Assembly: GCF_039654945.1 (NCBI RefSeq)
Contig: NW_027361692.1
Span: 24,490,001 to 24,554,000 of the forward strand
Reading direction: 5' to 3'
Length of the DNA: 64,000 bases
Origin: Dendrobates tinctorius
Taxonomy: Eukaryota
Shown here one piece after another: positions 35,036-47,679 of this stretch (its first letter is position 1; every line of letters starts with the position of its first letter). The notes under the pieces were generated by a model, which saw only the letters and a list, made by a program, of their open reading frames with translations, did not search any database and was not told the DNA's origin. Position numbers and translations under genes: made by a program.

Positions 35036-36988
35036 GTACGTATTATTTTAACATTTGTTTGCATATGTTAGTAATGTTCTTTGTATCACACATTTGTTTG
35101 AGCTGCCATATCTCCAGTGCACACAATTATCATTGTCACTTGCAAAGAAATAAGTATAGCAGCAGGATGCATGTGCAACAAACCTCTCCAATCATCTCCT
35201 CCTCGCCGTGGTTTTGCAGTTGGTAAGGAACACCTAATGGTTTTGGGGCAGATGCCATGAAACGTGACATCGGTTGACCCAAAGTAGAAATTTCCTAATA
35301 GCACAACAACAGTCAGCCATGGGTATCCGGGTCTGGCCCAGCATCTACAACTTTGAATTGAAGTTTCAATGAGGACCTGGTGGTTAATAGACCTGTGCAA
35401 GCCTTCTTAACTGGGAGCTTGTTACAGGGCGCTATTCCGTATCTTAAATAATGTCAGGCTTGACTATTAATAATCAATATTCGGCTAATTCTTCACCTGT
35501 TACTATTCAGATTCCTTTGCATTATATTCTACAACTGGCGAGATACTGAGACAAAACCAGTGTATCAATGAAAGGTATTTATTACACACGTCTACAGTTA
35601 AATACACTACTGAATTATCACACTAACAGTATACAGTAAAAACACTATATAATTACAATTAACCCCACAATATCCGAATTATACTTCCCACCCACTTACC
35701 TAAAACATACACACATTAATTACAGCTCACCCACCTATTGCTAACTATCCCTATGGGAAATAAGGGGTTAATTGTGATACTTATCACTTCCCGGGACTTG
35801 GTGTGGTTTAAGATCCTGCTTGAGACTTGTTCATTTTGATGAATGTTAGGCAGTCTACACTTTCATGGGACAACCGGATGCACTTATCTGTCAGAACACC
35901 ACCAGCAGTGCTGAAGACATTCTAAGAGAACGCTGGCTGCCGGGCATGACAAAACCTCCAATTCGTGACAGGCGAACTCATGCCACTCTTCCATTTTTGA
36001 CCAAAATGAAAAAGCGTCCAACTTGTCCCTCCTGATGGCATTGATATTGAGCTCCAGATACTCCTGCACCATCCTCTCTAGTCATTCACAACGTGTCAGA
36101 CTTGTACTCTGTTCTACTGGTCTAAAAAAAAAATGTGTGAAATGACTCACAGAAATTGCTTATGCCACTTACACTGCTGCTGTGCTAATGTTTTTGCGAT
36201 AACGCCTTGACGTTCCCGGCGTTGGACGCCTAAAACTGCCATGCACACTGTGTGCTTCACTACTGTCTTGAGGAAAACCATTCTTAAGATAGTCTACAAG
36301 CATGTTTCTGTTTCGATACTCCAGCATTCGCGCGTCCCTTTCCTTAGGGTGAAGTAGGAAAATTTACTCTTGTACCGTGGATCTAACAGAGTGGTAACCC
36401 AGTAGTCAACACTATTTCTAACGCTAAGAATATGTGCATTATGTTGCAGATAGTGCAGCAAGAAGGTGCTCATGTGTCGGGCGCTTTCATAAAGTTCAAG
36501 TGTATGGTGTATTGCTGGCGGGGTAAAACTCAAGCTTGCTTCCTCCGTTCCCTCCCGCCAACTACGGAAAACAGAGAGATGATTATCCTCTTCATCTCCT
36601 GACTGTTGTGCGTCCATCACCTCTTCCTCCTCCATTTGTTCCTCGGCTCCGGCACTTTCACTAACAGTTTGTCAGGTACCATGAGCTCCCCCTCGATCGT
36701 TGTAATCCACCCTCCCATGGCATCCACCTGTGCGATGACAGACCGGAACTTTGAGATATTGTTATCCCTTTCTCATCCTCCTCTGTTGTCACCTCTCCCT
36801 CTGGAACCACCACCTCACGCACACTATTCAAAGTGTTCTCCGGCATGTAAATGACCGGAATAGTGATACTGATGACAGCATTGTTGGCGCTAACCTGAGT
36901 AGCCATTTCTCAACTGTTTAGAGGTCCATCATCTGTGCTCACACTGCAAGCGTGTTTTGCACCGTGCCCGTACTGTGTTGGCCTAGGC

Positions 36989-38815
36989 CAGTGATGGTGA
37001 ACCTTTAGAGACTGACTGTCCAAACTGCAATCCAAAACCCACTTATTTTTAGCAAAGTGCCCTGAATACTGAGGTTTTAGATTAGAAAGACAACTCGTAC
37101 ATTAGCGCGCTATAGAGTCAATATCAAAGAGTTTGTAAGCGCTGCAGTCCAAGCCTAAAATACTAACTACCAATTGTAGTGAAGGTCTGTTCTTGAGAAG
37201 AGAGGATTTTTAATCAAAAGTAAAATTGCAAAGTTTGTTTTTACAGCCTCTTTGCAATTCTAACCCTTTATCATGATGAGAATAAACCCTTGAGGCAGGG
37301 ATATCAAATTCAAATTCACAGAGGGCCAAAGTTAAAAGCTTACAGAAAGTTGCAGGCCTACCTTGATATTTGGTTACAAAATGTCTACAATTGAGGAAGT
37401 TTTTTCTTATCAAATAAAATTAACTTTTCGAATTATAGTGAAATAATATAATATGTAATGTTATGTAAGAGCAGTAAAAAGCATATGGCCCAATTATCTA
37501 ATTTACATATGTAATAACAAAGATTAAAACAACCTTGAATAAAACATATAATAAAGTATGAGGCAAACAAAAGTGGCCACAAACACAGTATGATACCCCC
37601 ACAGTGAACTTCTCCTCCACACGTACAGTATGATGACCCTACTGTACCCCCCTCCCTCAGTTCCCCCAGCAAAGAATGGTGACCCCATCACAGTATGATT
37701 TTTCAACTTTAATCACCACACAGCCCTCCATACAGTATAATGGGCACAAAAAGTCCTCCATACAGTACAGTGGCTCCACATACATCTCCATACGGTGTAA
37801 TAAGCCCTACATAGTACTCCCTGCAGTATAATGGCTCCACATAATGCTCCACATTATAACATGGCCCCACATAGTGCTCCATACTGTATAATGGCCCAAC
37901 ATGATGCTCCATATTGTATAATGGCCTCACATTGAAAAAAAAAACAACATGTATATACTCGTGTATAAGCCGACCCGATTATAAGCCAAGGCACCTAATT
38001 TTGTCAAGAAAAACTGAGAACTTATTGACTCAAGTATAAGCCGGGTATGCATTGTCCGATAATCCCTATTCTGGTATGCATGGTTCCTCATCCCCATCCT
38101 TGTCTGCATGGCTCCTCATTCCTGCCCTAGTGTTCATGGCTTCTTATCCCCATCCTTGTATGCATGACTCCTCATCCCTATTCTGGTATGCATGGCTCCT
38201 TATCCCAGCCTTGTATGTATGACTCCGCATCCCTGTCCTGGTATGTATGGCTCCTTATCCCATCCTGGTATGCATGGTTCCTCATCCCTATCCTGGTATG
38301 CATGGTTCCTCATCCCTATCCTGGTATGCATGGTTCCTAATCCCTATCCTTGTATGTATGGCCCCCATGAGAAAAGCAATAAAAAAACCATCCTACTTGC
38401 CTTCCCTGCACACCCTTGCGGCATCTTTTTCCGGTGCCAGCAGCTCCTGCAGCTGAGCAATCACGTGTCCCCGCTCATTAAGATAATGAATATTCACCTC
38501 TCTCCACACCTATGGGAGTGGAGAGAGGTGAATATTCATTACCTTAATGAGTGGACACCCGTGCTAGCTTGGCAGCTCCTGGAAGCCGGCGACTGCGGCT
38601 GAAACTGCTCGCTATAAGAGAAATGAATATTCAGTGCCAATGCAGTGAATATTCATTTCACTTTAGCAGCCACTGACTCTTGTCTCCTGTGACCCGCTGC
38701 TCCGCCACTCACCCCTCCCTCGCTGTCTTCTAGTACTGAGGAGATGGCGCGCATGCCCACCGGGAGGGCTCTGCTTGCCCCCTCTGGCACGCGTGCGATA
38801 GGTTCATCACCACTG
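36989..38815. mobile_element. Non-autonomous hAT element with internal short tandem repeats
   Basis: TIR cagtgatggtgaacct / aggttcatcaccactg; 8-bp TSD GCCTAGGC/GCTTAGGC. Confidence 0.8.
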
Positions 38816-40091
38816 GCTTAGGCAATGGAAAAGGACATACTTCACCAGGGCTCATCGCTGCTGCAACATGTGCAGAGTAGCATAGCACCGTGTCGGAACA
38901 TCTCAAATCAAACTGTTTACTGGTAGGCTGAAAGACCTCTGTAGCGATGCAAGTCAATGACCTGCAGGATGCGATTGTTGGAAGTGAGCACTCAGCGACT
39001 GCGCTCTCTTCAGCAGCGCATCCAGGCCGGGATAGTGGCAGAAAAATTGCTGCACCATCAGGTTGAGGAAGTGAGCCGTGCAAAGCATGTGTGTGAGTTT
39101 GCCCCGGCGTAGGGCCGCCACCAGGTTTCACCATTATCGCACATGACCTTCCAGGTTCAATGGAGACAGCCATTGCTCTAACTCGACCTGGATAGCTGTC
39201 CACAACTATTGAGCTGTGTGACTGTGATCCCCCAAGGCATATTAATTTGAACACTGCCTGACTGCAGTGAGCCATGGCTGCGCGGTACGGAGGTGGGGGG
39301 GTTCTATTTACACTGTTGGAACGTGTGTCTGATTAGGGGAGGGGTTGAGGGCACAGGTGGAGGACCTAGAGGAGGTGGAGGAGCCAGAAGCCGTAGAGGA
39401 ACTGTTTGAATCCCCAAGCCTTGCAGGACATACTTCTATATTGAAGTGTTGTGAAGCAGCCCTTTGACCGCCTGCCCCCACAGTCACCAGAATCACCCAG
39501 TGGCCTGTCAGCAAGATGTAACGCCCCTGCCCATGTTTGCTCAACCAGGTGTCAGTGGTGAATAGGTGATGTCTGCGACATGCTGGTGTAGTGCAGGCAC
39601 AGCTTTGTTAGAGAAGTAGTGGCGACTGGGAAACTGGTACTTAAGGACTGCGATGGCCATCAACTTTCAGAAACTGTCTGTATCCACCAGGCGGAAAGGC
39701 ATCATTTCCATGGCCAACAGATTGGAGATGGTGGAGTTCAACTAGGAGGAAACATTCTTTTGCAGGACCGAGGGCTGGCTTTTGTACTAAGAGAGAATGA
39801 AGTAGGGTGAACAAGACAATCTGCCGGACTGTGAGTGAGGTGTAGACAGAGATGTTGTGGTGGATTGAGAAAGATGTGTTGTGCTAGGTGTCACAAGAGC
39901 AGCAGTCATGTCCACGTCTGTAACAGCTGACCAGCTCTCATTCACCACGACTGTAGGGGGTAAACAAGTGGATATTCTGCGGCTGGAAACCTGTGTGAGA
40001 ACACTTGGCATGGTGATGGAGAAAAAAGCAGCAGATGTGGCTGGCGAGGCCCGCCAGTCGGCATTTTAGTGCAATGAGATTCTCAGACTAA

Positions 40092-40501
40092 GGCTAGCTT
40101 CACCCTAGCGTTTTAGCGCACGGCCGCCGCTAAGCACCGCCCCCTGCCCGCCCCCTCCTGTCATCTCCGCCTAGTAGCGCACATCGCTGCATGAGATTCT
40201 GCACACCCTATCTTTAGCATAGGGTGCGCTGACCGTGCGCTAGTAGGATTTTTGAGTGCGCTGCGCACTTTTGAAGGTGCGGCGAACGCAGCATGTTGCA
40301 TTTTGGTGCGCTCGGCGCACCTTCAAAAGTGCGCAGCGCACGCAAAAATCCTACTAGCGCACGGTCTGCACACCCTATGCTAACGATAGGGTGTGCAGAA
40401 TCGAATGCAGCGATGTGCGCTTCTAGGCGGAGATGACCGCAGGGGGCGGGGCTTAGCGGCGGCCGTGCGCTGCGGCCTAAAACGCTAGTGTGAAGCTAGC
40501 C
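40092..40501. mobile_element. Near-perfect palindromic PIF/Harbinger-type MITE
   Basis: ggctagcttcac / gtgaagctagcc with TAA TSD; arms complementary almost to the centre (~40290). Confidence 0.88.
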
Positions 40502-41250
40502 TAAAGCATGTTGATCTCAAATAAGGCGGTTTGTGCATATTGCAATTTTTGCCTCTGAGTGTTTTGTTTTGATTTTTTTTTTCTTGTTTTGCAAATTTGG
40601 CAGCGCGAGTTGGGTCATCCTTTGTGGTATCAAAAAAGATCCAAGCTATGCCACCCCTGCGAACTGCACACTTGCGACCGGCTCTTGCTACAGCCAGAGT
40701 TGGTGCTAAGGATGCAGTGCTTGTCGTGGTTGCATTACTTCGTGTCTGTGCGGGAAGCCACAACGTAACCCATCTACACCTCTTCTGCTGAGTTACTAAG
40801 CTGCATACATCTGGGTACATACCAGGTGGGATCTACAACCTCCTCGTCATCCTCTGTTTTCTCACACTCCTCTCCCTGAGAGTCACCCTCTTCCTGCGTT
40901 GACACCACAGTACAGTCCATGTGCACCTCTGCTATCTGAGTCCCATATGCATCACCTCCACCCCCAGTGGTTAACGTCTGGTGACGAGGGTCTGGATTTT
41001 GCTCGGATTCTACTTTGTTCGGCCCTGGATCCAACATGAAAAAATTTTGGGCATCGGTGCCAATGCTTTCCTCCTTTTGGATTCCTGTGAGTCTTGGGAG
41101 CAGACCTCCGATGCCCATGGAATAGAATGTGTGAACAGCTCTGCAGACTGGCCCATCTGTGGTTCCCCACAGTAAGTTGGGCGTTTGAAAATTTTTGACG
41201 CGGTGGGAAACGAGGCTGATTGGGGTACCACCTCTGAGGATTGTACTATA

Positions 41251-42855
41251 CAGTGGGGCAAAAAAGTATTTAGTCAGTCAGCAATAGTGCAAGTTCCACC
41301 ACTTAAAAAGATGAGAGGCGTCTGTAATTTACATCATAGGTAGACCTCAACTATGGGAGACAAACTGAGAAAAAAAATTCCAGAAAATCACATTGTCTGT
41401 TTTTTTTTTCATTTTATTTGCATATTATGGTGGAAAATAAGTATTTGGTCAGAAACAAAATTTCATCTCAATACTTTGTGATATATCCTTTGTTGGCAAT
41501 GACAGAGGTCAAACGTTTTCTGTAAGTCTTCACAAGGTTGCCACACACTGTTGTTGGTATGTTGGCCCATTCCTCCATGCAGATCTCCTCTAGAGCAGTG
41601 ATGTTTTTGGCTTTTCGCTTGGCAACACGGACTTTCAACTCCCTCCAAAGGTTTTCTATAGGGTTGAGATCTGGAGACTGGCTAGGCCACTCCAGGACCT
41701 TGAAATGCTTCTTACGAAGCCACTCCTTCGTTGCCCTGGCGGTGTGCTTTGGATCATTGTCATGTTGAAAGACCCAGCCACGTTTCATCTTCAATGCCCT
41801 TGCTGATGGAAGGAGGTTTGCACTCAAAATCTCACGATACATGGCCCCATTCATTCTTTCATGTACCCGGATCAGTCGTCCTGGCCCCTTTGCAGAGAAA
41901 CAGCCCCAAAGCATGATGTTTCCACCACCATGCTTTACAGTAGGTATGGTGTTTGATGGATGCAACTCAGTATTCTTTTTCCTCCAAACACGACAAGTTG
42001 TGTTTCTACCAAACAGTTCCAGTTTGGTTTCATCAGACCATAGGACATTCTCCCAAAACTCCTCTGGATCATCCAAATGCTCTCTAGCAAAGTTCAGACG
42101 GGCCCGGACATGTACAGGCTTAAGCAGTGGGACACGTCTGGCACTGCAGGATCTGAGTCCATGGTGGCGTAGTGTGTTACTTATGGTAGGCCTTGTTACA
42201 TTGGTCCCAGCTCTCTGCAGTTCATTCACTAGGTCCCCCCGCGTGGTTCTGGGATTTTTGCTCACCGTTCTTGTGATCATTCTGACCCCACGGGGTGGGA
42301 TTTTATGTGGAGCACCAGATCGAGGGAGATTATCAGTGGTCTTGTATGTCTTCCATTTTCTAATTATTGCTCCCACAGTTGATTTCTTCACTCCAAGCTG
42401 GTTGGCTATTGCAGATTCAGTCTTCCCAGCCTGGTGCAGGGCTACAATTTTGTTTCTGGTGTCCTTTGACAGCTCTTTGGTCTTCACCATAGTGGATTTT
42501 GGAGTCAGACTGTTTGAGGGTGTGCACAGGTGTATTTTATACTGATAACAAGTTTAAACAGGTGCCATTACTACAGGTAATGAGTGGAGGAAAGAGGAGA
42601 CTCTTAAAGAAGAAGTTACAGGTCTGTGAGAGCCAGAAATCTTGATTGCTTGTTTCTGACCAAATACTTATTTTCCACCATAATATGCCAATAAAATGAA
42701 AAAAAAACAGACAATGTGATTTTCTGGATTTTTTTTCTCAGTTTGTCTCCCATAGTTGAGGTCTACCTATGATGTAAATTACAGACGCCTCTCAACTTTT
42801 TAAGTGGTGGAACTTGCACTATTGCTGACTGACTAAATACTTTTTTGCCCCACTG
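41251..42855 (-). mobile_element. Intact Tc1/mariner transposon, 1605 bp
   Basis: TA TSD on both sides; near-identical ~207-bp TIRs (41251-41458, 42650-42855); uninterrupted transposase ORF. Confidence 0.97.
41468..42490 (-). CDS. Tc1 DD34E transposase, 340 aa
   Basis: Paired-like N-terminus with RSGAP, then WSDETK, HDNDPKH and [11 protein letters not shown]; 34 residues between the second D and E. Confidence 0.96.
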   Translation of the reverse strand: MVKTKELSKDTRNKIVALHQAGKTESAIANQLGVKKSTVGAIIRKWKTYKTTDNLPRSGAPHKIPPRGVRMITRTVSKNPRTTRGDLVNELQRAGTNVTRPTISNTLRHHGLRSCSARRVPLLKPVHVRARLNFAREHLDDPEEFWENVLWSDETKLELFGRNTTCRVWRKKNTELHPSNTIPTVKHGGGNIMLWGCFSAKGPGRLIRVHERMNGAMYREILSANLLPSARALKMKRGWVFQHDNDPKHTARATKEWLRKKHFKVLEWPSQSPDLNPIENLWRELKVRVAKRKAKNITALEEICMEEWANIPTTVCGNLVKTYRKRLTSVIANKGYITKY

Positions 42856-44328
42856 TATGTGATGTTAAGGTGGAGGAAGAGTAGGAGAGGCCACTTCATG
42901 CAGCGCTTGCCATCTACTGGAGCACATGCTCTTTCTGAGCCTTGTCTACAAGACGTACCGCTGTGCAGCTGCCAAAGAAAGGGAATCAAGTAGCCGGTCC
43001 AGTAACTATGCTGTCAGTGGTCTTTGGGTAGGACGGGATGGTGTTTGTTCACTTGAGCTTTCATTAACTTTAACATTAACACCTAACCCACGTACACGTC
43101 GAACACCAATCCTATTCCCCCTTCCACCATGACCTTGCTTTTTTCTCCTTCGTCTCATTGGGGGACACAGAGACTGTGGGTGTGTGCTACTGCTGTCTGG
43201 AGGCTGACACTAGGCATACAAAAAAAACAAGTTAGCTCCTCCTCCGCCGCATACACCCTCGCCCCGATAGCGGGCGGAAACCAGTTTTTTGCTTAGTGTC
43301 TTATGGAGGCACACGCAGTCTGGATCTCTCCAGACTAATTTTTTCTAGTTTACCATGAAGATGTGACAGGGGCGACGGATCCTATAGAAAGGGTCCGATC
43401 TCCCCAAACCAACAACGGGCGAGCACGCGTTGAGTATCGCCTCCGCGTATCCTTTCCCGCACCGAGGGACATATCTGGGACTTTTCCCCAGACATCTGTT
43501 TTTTTCTTTGTTTTATGAAGATAAGACAGGGGCAACGCATCCTATTGAAAGGATCCGATTTCCCCAAACCAGCAACGGGCGACCACGTGCGAGTATCCCT
43601 CCACGTTTCCTCTCCCGCGACGTGGGACATTAGGCCAGACTTAGCCCTGTCCACCCCTAGGTATTGAAACCATGGGCTTGCACAGAGGCACAAGACTAGT
43701 CTGTGCGGCCCCCATGACTCCACCAACGCATGACGGCGGTGCTGCATGGCGGCAGACGGTCCCTCTCCTCGCCCCGGCAAGGCGGTCGGAGCTAGGGTGC
43801 CTGCACCGTCTTAAACAGAGTACCTCAGGTATGTGCTGGAGCGAGTGGAGGGCCCTGGGCAGCGTTTTTCGGAAAGGCACGCTTTCCCCTCCGCTCCTCT
43901 AACCTGCTTCGCCTCCCTCCGGGTATTGGCGCGGCCGGGAGACTGTGGGGAGCTGCATCCGGATGGCTGAGGTAGAGGGGTAGAGATCGGTCTGCAGGCG
44001 TGCTAGGCGGGCGGACCGGCTCCAATTTAGCCCGCGGCTTCGGCCTGGGCCGCGGGCGGAAGCGCCGCACGTCTTCTCCGGCGCCGCCCCCCGTCGTCAG
44101 GCATGGGGAGGCGGGCGGCCGGGGTAGCGGTCGGGCGGACCGCTTCTAAATTTAGCCCACAGCCTACCAGGAGTGAGACTGAAGCACGGGGAGAGACGCG
44201 CAGGAGCGGGTAAGTGCGACCCCGTCCCGGAGCCACACTAGGGCACTACACAGTACCCTCCTCCCCCTCCGCCTACCCCCCCCCCAAACCTTTAAGGGAT
44301 TTTTTGTGTGTGGGCCGACGCCAGCAGT

Positions 44329-45774
44329 ATGTCTGGGAAAGGAAAAACGCACACGTTCCTTTATGCCGCATGCGTTTCCTGTGGGGTGATGTTCCCACGA
44401 GCGCAAACTATTAAGTTATGTGAAGCCTGCGACTCCGTACGCGCCCAGGACCCCTCCCCTGCGACAGAGCCCAGGGGTCTGGATCCCCCAGAATGGGCGT
44501 TATCACTCTCTCGGTCCATGGTTTCCCTCACAAAGGCGATTGAGACCCTTCAGGCCCCGGATAGGGGTAGAGATGACGGCTCGCCTGTTTGGGAGGGGTC
44601 ATCCACCTCACAAGAGCCTCCGGCCTGCAGGGGCCGCACACTCTCTAGGCAGGCGCACAGGAAAAGAGCCCGTACGGCGTCTCCTGGCCCCTCCGGTGCC
44701 TCAGCATCCGTGAGTGCGGCATCTCGCTCACCGTCACCATTTTCTGGGAGCGAGCAGAGTTCAGGTGATGACTGGGAAGAGTCCTTGGACCTGGATACCC
44801 CGGGGTACCAGGAGACGGTAGACAGTCTTATTGAAGCAGTCAATCAGACTCTGGGTATTGACGATGATGTCTCCCTAACCGCAGGTCATAAGGTATCCTT
44901 TAAGAAGACCAGGAGACCACATAGAGTATTTAGCACTCATCCTGAGTTCGAGGATATAGTGCAGCGGCATAGGGATCGTCCAGACAGACGTTTTTCAGGA
45001 CAAAAAACGCTGGAAACGAGATATCCGTTCGCATCGGAACTTTGTAAAAAATGGGCGGAATCTCCGGTAGTGGATCCCCCAGTGTCACGCCTAGCTTCTA
45101 GGTCCTTGTTGTCAGTACCTAGCGGTTCTTCCATTAAGGACCCCACGGATCGACTCATAGAAGGTTTAGCTCGCTCGGTGTATGAAGCATCGGGATCAGC
45201 GCTCTTTCCTTCTTTTGCGGCAACATGGGTATCCAAAGCCATGATGTCATGGTCAGATTCTTTAAACAAGGTCCTAAAGGATAGAGATTTGCCGTCGGAA
45301 GTGGCGGAGATAGCAAGTCAGATCGCGATGGCGGGTGACTATTTAATTAATGCATCCTTGGATGCGGCTAATGGCGCGGCTGTAGCGGCAGCAAATGCAA
45401 TCGCCATTAGGAGAGCCTTGTGGTTAAGGTTATGGCGAGCTGATTCTATTTCTAAGAAGTCTTTGACTTCCCTGCCTTTTCAGGGTAATCGGCTATTTGG
45501 GGAGAAATTAGACAAGCTCATTTCAGATGCTACAGGGGGAAAAAGCAGCTTCCTTCCACAGCAAAGGATTAGGCCGCCTTTTCGTCAACCTCAGGTGCGC
45601 TTTCGAGCATTTCGCACCCCCGGGTGGATGGCAGCGGCCAGTACCTCCACCCCAGCTCGCTATAACCAAGACAAGGAGTGTCAGGTCACGTATAGAACCA
45701 ACCCGCTGGGTAGGATGCGGGGCCGCCCGCCCAGATCAAGGGGGGCCAGGTCCCAGAAGCCCTCAGCGAAATGA
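44329..45774 (+). CDS. DIRS ORF1 (gag-like): N-terminal CxxC..CxxC, Ser-rich linker, LAP2alpha-like C-terminal domain
   Basis: Open frame from ATG 44329; CVSC/CEAC, VDPPVSRL, IKDPTDR, RRALWLRLW.AD..SK..L..LPF.G..LFG motifs. Confidence 0.85.
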   Translation: MSGKGKTHTFLYAACVSCGVMFPRAQTIKLCEACDSVRAQDPSPATEPRGLDPPEWALSLSRSMVSLTKAIETLQAPDRGRDDGSPVWEGSSTSQEPPACRGRTLSRQAHRKRARTASPGPSGASASVSAASRSPSPFSGSEQSSGDDWEESLDLDTPGYQETVDSLIEAVNQTLGIDDDVSLTAGHKVSFKKTRRPHRVFSTHPEFEDIVQRHRDRPDRRFSGQKTLETRYPFASELCKKWAESPVVDPPVSRLASRSLLSVPSGSSIKDPTDRLIEGLARSVYEASGSALFPSFAATWVSKAMMSWSDSLNKVLKDRDLPSEVAEIASQIAMAGDYLINASLDAANGAAVAAANAIAIRRALWLRLWRADSISKKSLTSLPFQGNRLFGEKLDKLISDATGGKSSFLPQQRIRPPFRQPQVRFRAFRTPGWMAAASTSTPARYNQDKECQVTYRTNPLGRMRGRPPRSRGARSQKPSAK

Positions 45775-47679
45775 CTCGAGGCATCCAGTACCCGAGGACA
45801 GCAGAGTAGGCGGACGTCTGCGCAGGTTCTGCCGTGTCTGGGTCGCGGTGGCGCGCGACGCATGGGTGGCAGAATTAGTGTGTTCCGGGTACAAAATAGA
45901 GTTTGTCAAAGATCCGCCAAGACGATTTTTTCTTTCCCGGCTTCCCAAAACGGAATCCCGGGCAGAGGCATTGCTAGGGGCCATCGAGGTGTTGCAGCGC
46001 AACGGGGTCATTGTCCCTGTACCAGAGTGCGAGAAGACCCAAGGATTTTATTCCATCTGTTCGCAGTCCCCAAGAAGGAAGGAACAGTAAGGCCGGTTCT
46101 GGACCTAAAGCTCCTGAACAGGTTCATCAGGGTCAGGCGTTTTCGCATGGAATCTCTCCGGTCGGTCATATCGTCCATGGAGCACGGAGAATATTTGGCC
46201 TCGATCGATGTCCAGGATGCCTACCTGCACATCCCTATTTTTCCCCCACATCAAAGGTTCCTTCGGTTTGCAATCGAGGGCCGGCATTTTCAGTTTGTGG
46301 CCCTACCTTTCGGGTTGGCCACGGCCCCCAGGATATTCACGAAAGTGATGGCGGTCGTCATGGCCGTTCTACATTCTCGGAGCATAGTGGTTTTGCCATA
46401 CTTAGACGACCTCTTAGTAAAGGGGCCGTCCTTTCGGGCATGCGAAGAGAATGTGAGCATCACACTGGATACCCTATCTCGCCTAGGATGGTTGATCAAT
46501 GGGAAGAAATCTTCCCTTACCCCAGCTCAGAGGATTTTATTCCTGGGGATGATTTTCGACACTTCCTGAGGGTTGGTAATTCTCCCTCAGGACAAGGCTC
46601 AGGCGCTCCGGCAGGGAGTCCGAAGTCTTCAACAACCGGGCCCTCACACTATCCGGTTCGGGATGAGGGTTCTAGGAAGGATGGTGGCGGCTATGGAAGC
46701 AATTCCGTTTGCTCAATTTCATCTCCGTCCCCTGCAGCATGCTCTCTTAGCGGCTTGGGACGGGAGTTCGTTCTCCCTCGATCATCAGTGCAGGTTGCCC
46801 TCTCAGGTTCGACGGGCGCTTCAACGGTGGACACACGACTCCTCTCTTCGTCAGGGGAAGCCTTTTCCCCCAGATCATTGGTTGGTGATCACGACCGATG
46901 CCAGTCTTTACGGCTGGGGGGCAATCTTCCAGCATCACACGGCCCAGGGGCAATGGTCGCCTCAGGAGTCTCGTCTGCCGATCAACCTGTTGGAGATTCG
47001 AGCGGTGCGGTTGGCGCTGCAGCGTTTTCAGCACTTGCTAGCAGGACGCCCAGTCCGAGTTCAGTCAGACAACGCCACGGCAGTGGCGTACGTGAATCAC
47101 CAGGGAGGCACGCGCAGCAGGGCAACCATGCGCGAGATAGAGTATGTACTCCGTTGGGCCGAGTGGCACCACTCGGTAATCTCAGCAGTTCACATACCAG
47201 GTGTGGAAAATTGGGCAGCAGATCTCCTAAGCCGACAGGGCGTCGCGGCCGGGGAATGGTCCCTTCACCCCCAGGTCTTCCAGCAGATTTGCCAACGGTG
47301 GGGGACTCCAGACGTGGATCTGCTGGCGTCCAGGGAGAACGCCAAGGTGAGCACGTTTGTCGCTCGGTCTCAGGACCCGCGAGCGATCGCGGTGGATGCG
47401 TTGGTCCTACCGTGGAGCCAGTTTCGGCTCCCATACCTGTTTCCCCCACTGCCGCTTCTCCCAAGGGTCATCAGAAAGATCAAGACAGAGGGGGTCCCGG
47501 CAATTCTGCTGGCCCCGGACTGGCCCCGTCGAGTATGGTACGCGGATCTAGTGCAGCTCTTCGCAGACGTGCCTTGGCGTCTACCGGAACGGCCAGACTT
47601 ACTGTCTCAGGGGCCGATCTGCCACCCGAACTTAGGGGCCCTGTGTTTGACGGCATGGCCGTTGAATCTTGGATTCTGA
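45771..47679 (+). pseudogene. DIRS RT / RNase H / Dam-like methyltransferase ORF, disrupted
   Basis: RPVLDLK, DVQDAYLHIPI, LPFGL..APR, YLDD, TTDAS..GWG, SDN.TAV.Y.N.QGG, DLLAS..N, YLFPP; frameshift near 46055 and stop at 46567-46569. Confidence 0.9.

Noticed and set aside
44308-45774. Host LAP2alpha/TMPO-like gene
   Set aside because: Lies within DIRS termini immediately upstream of RT, so it is the element's gag ORF.
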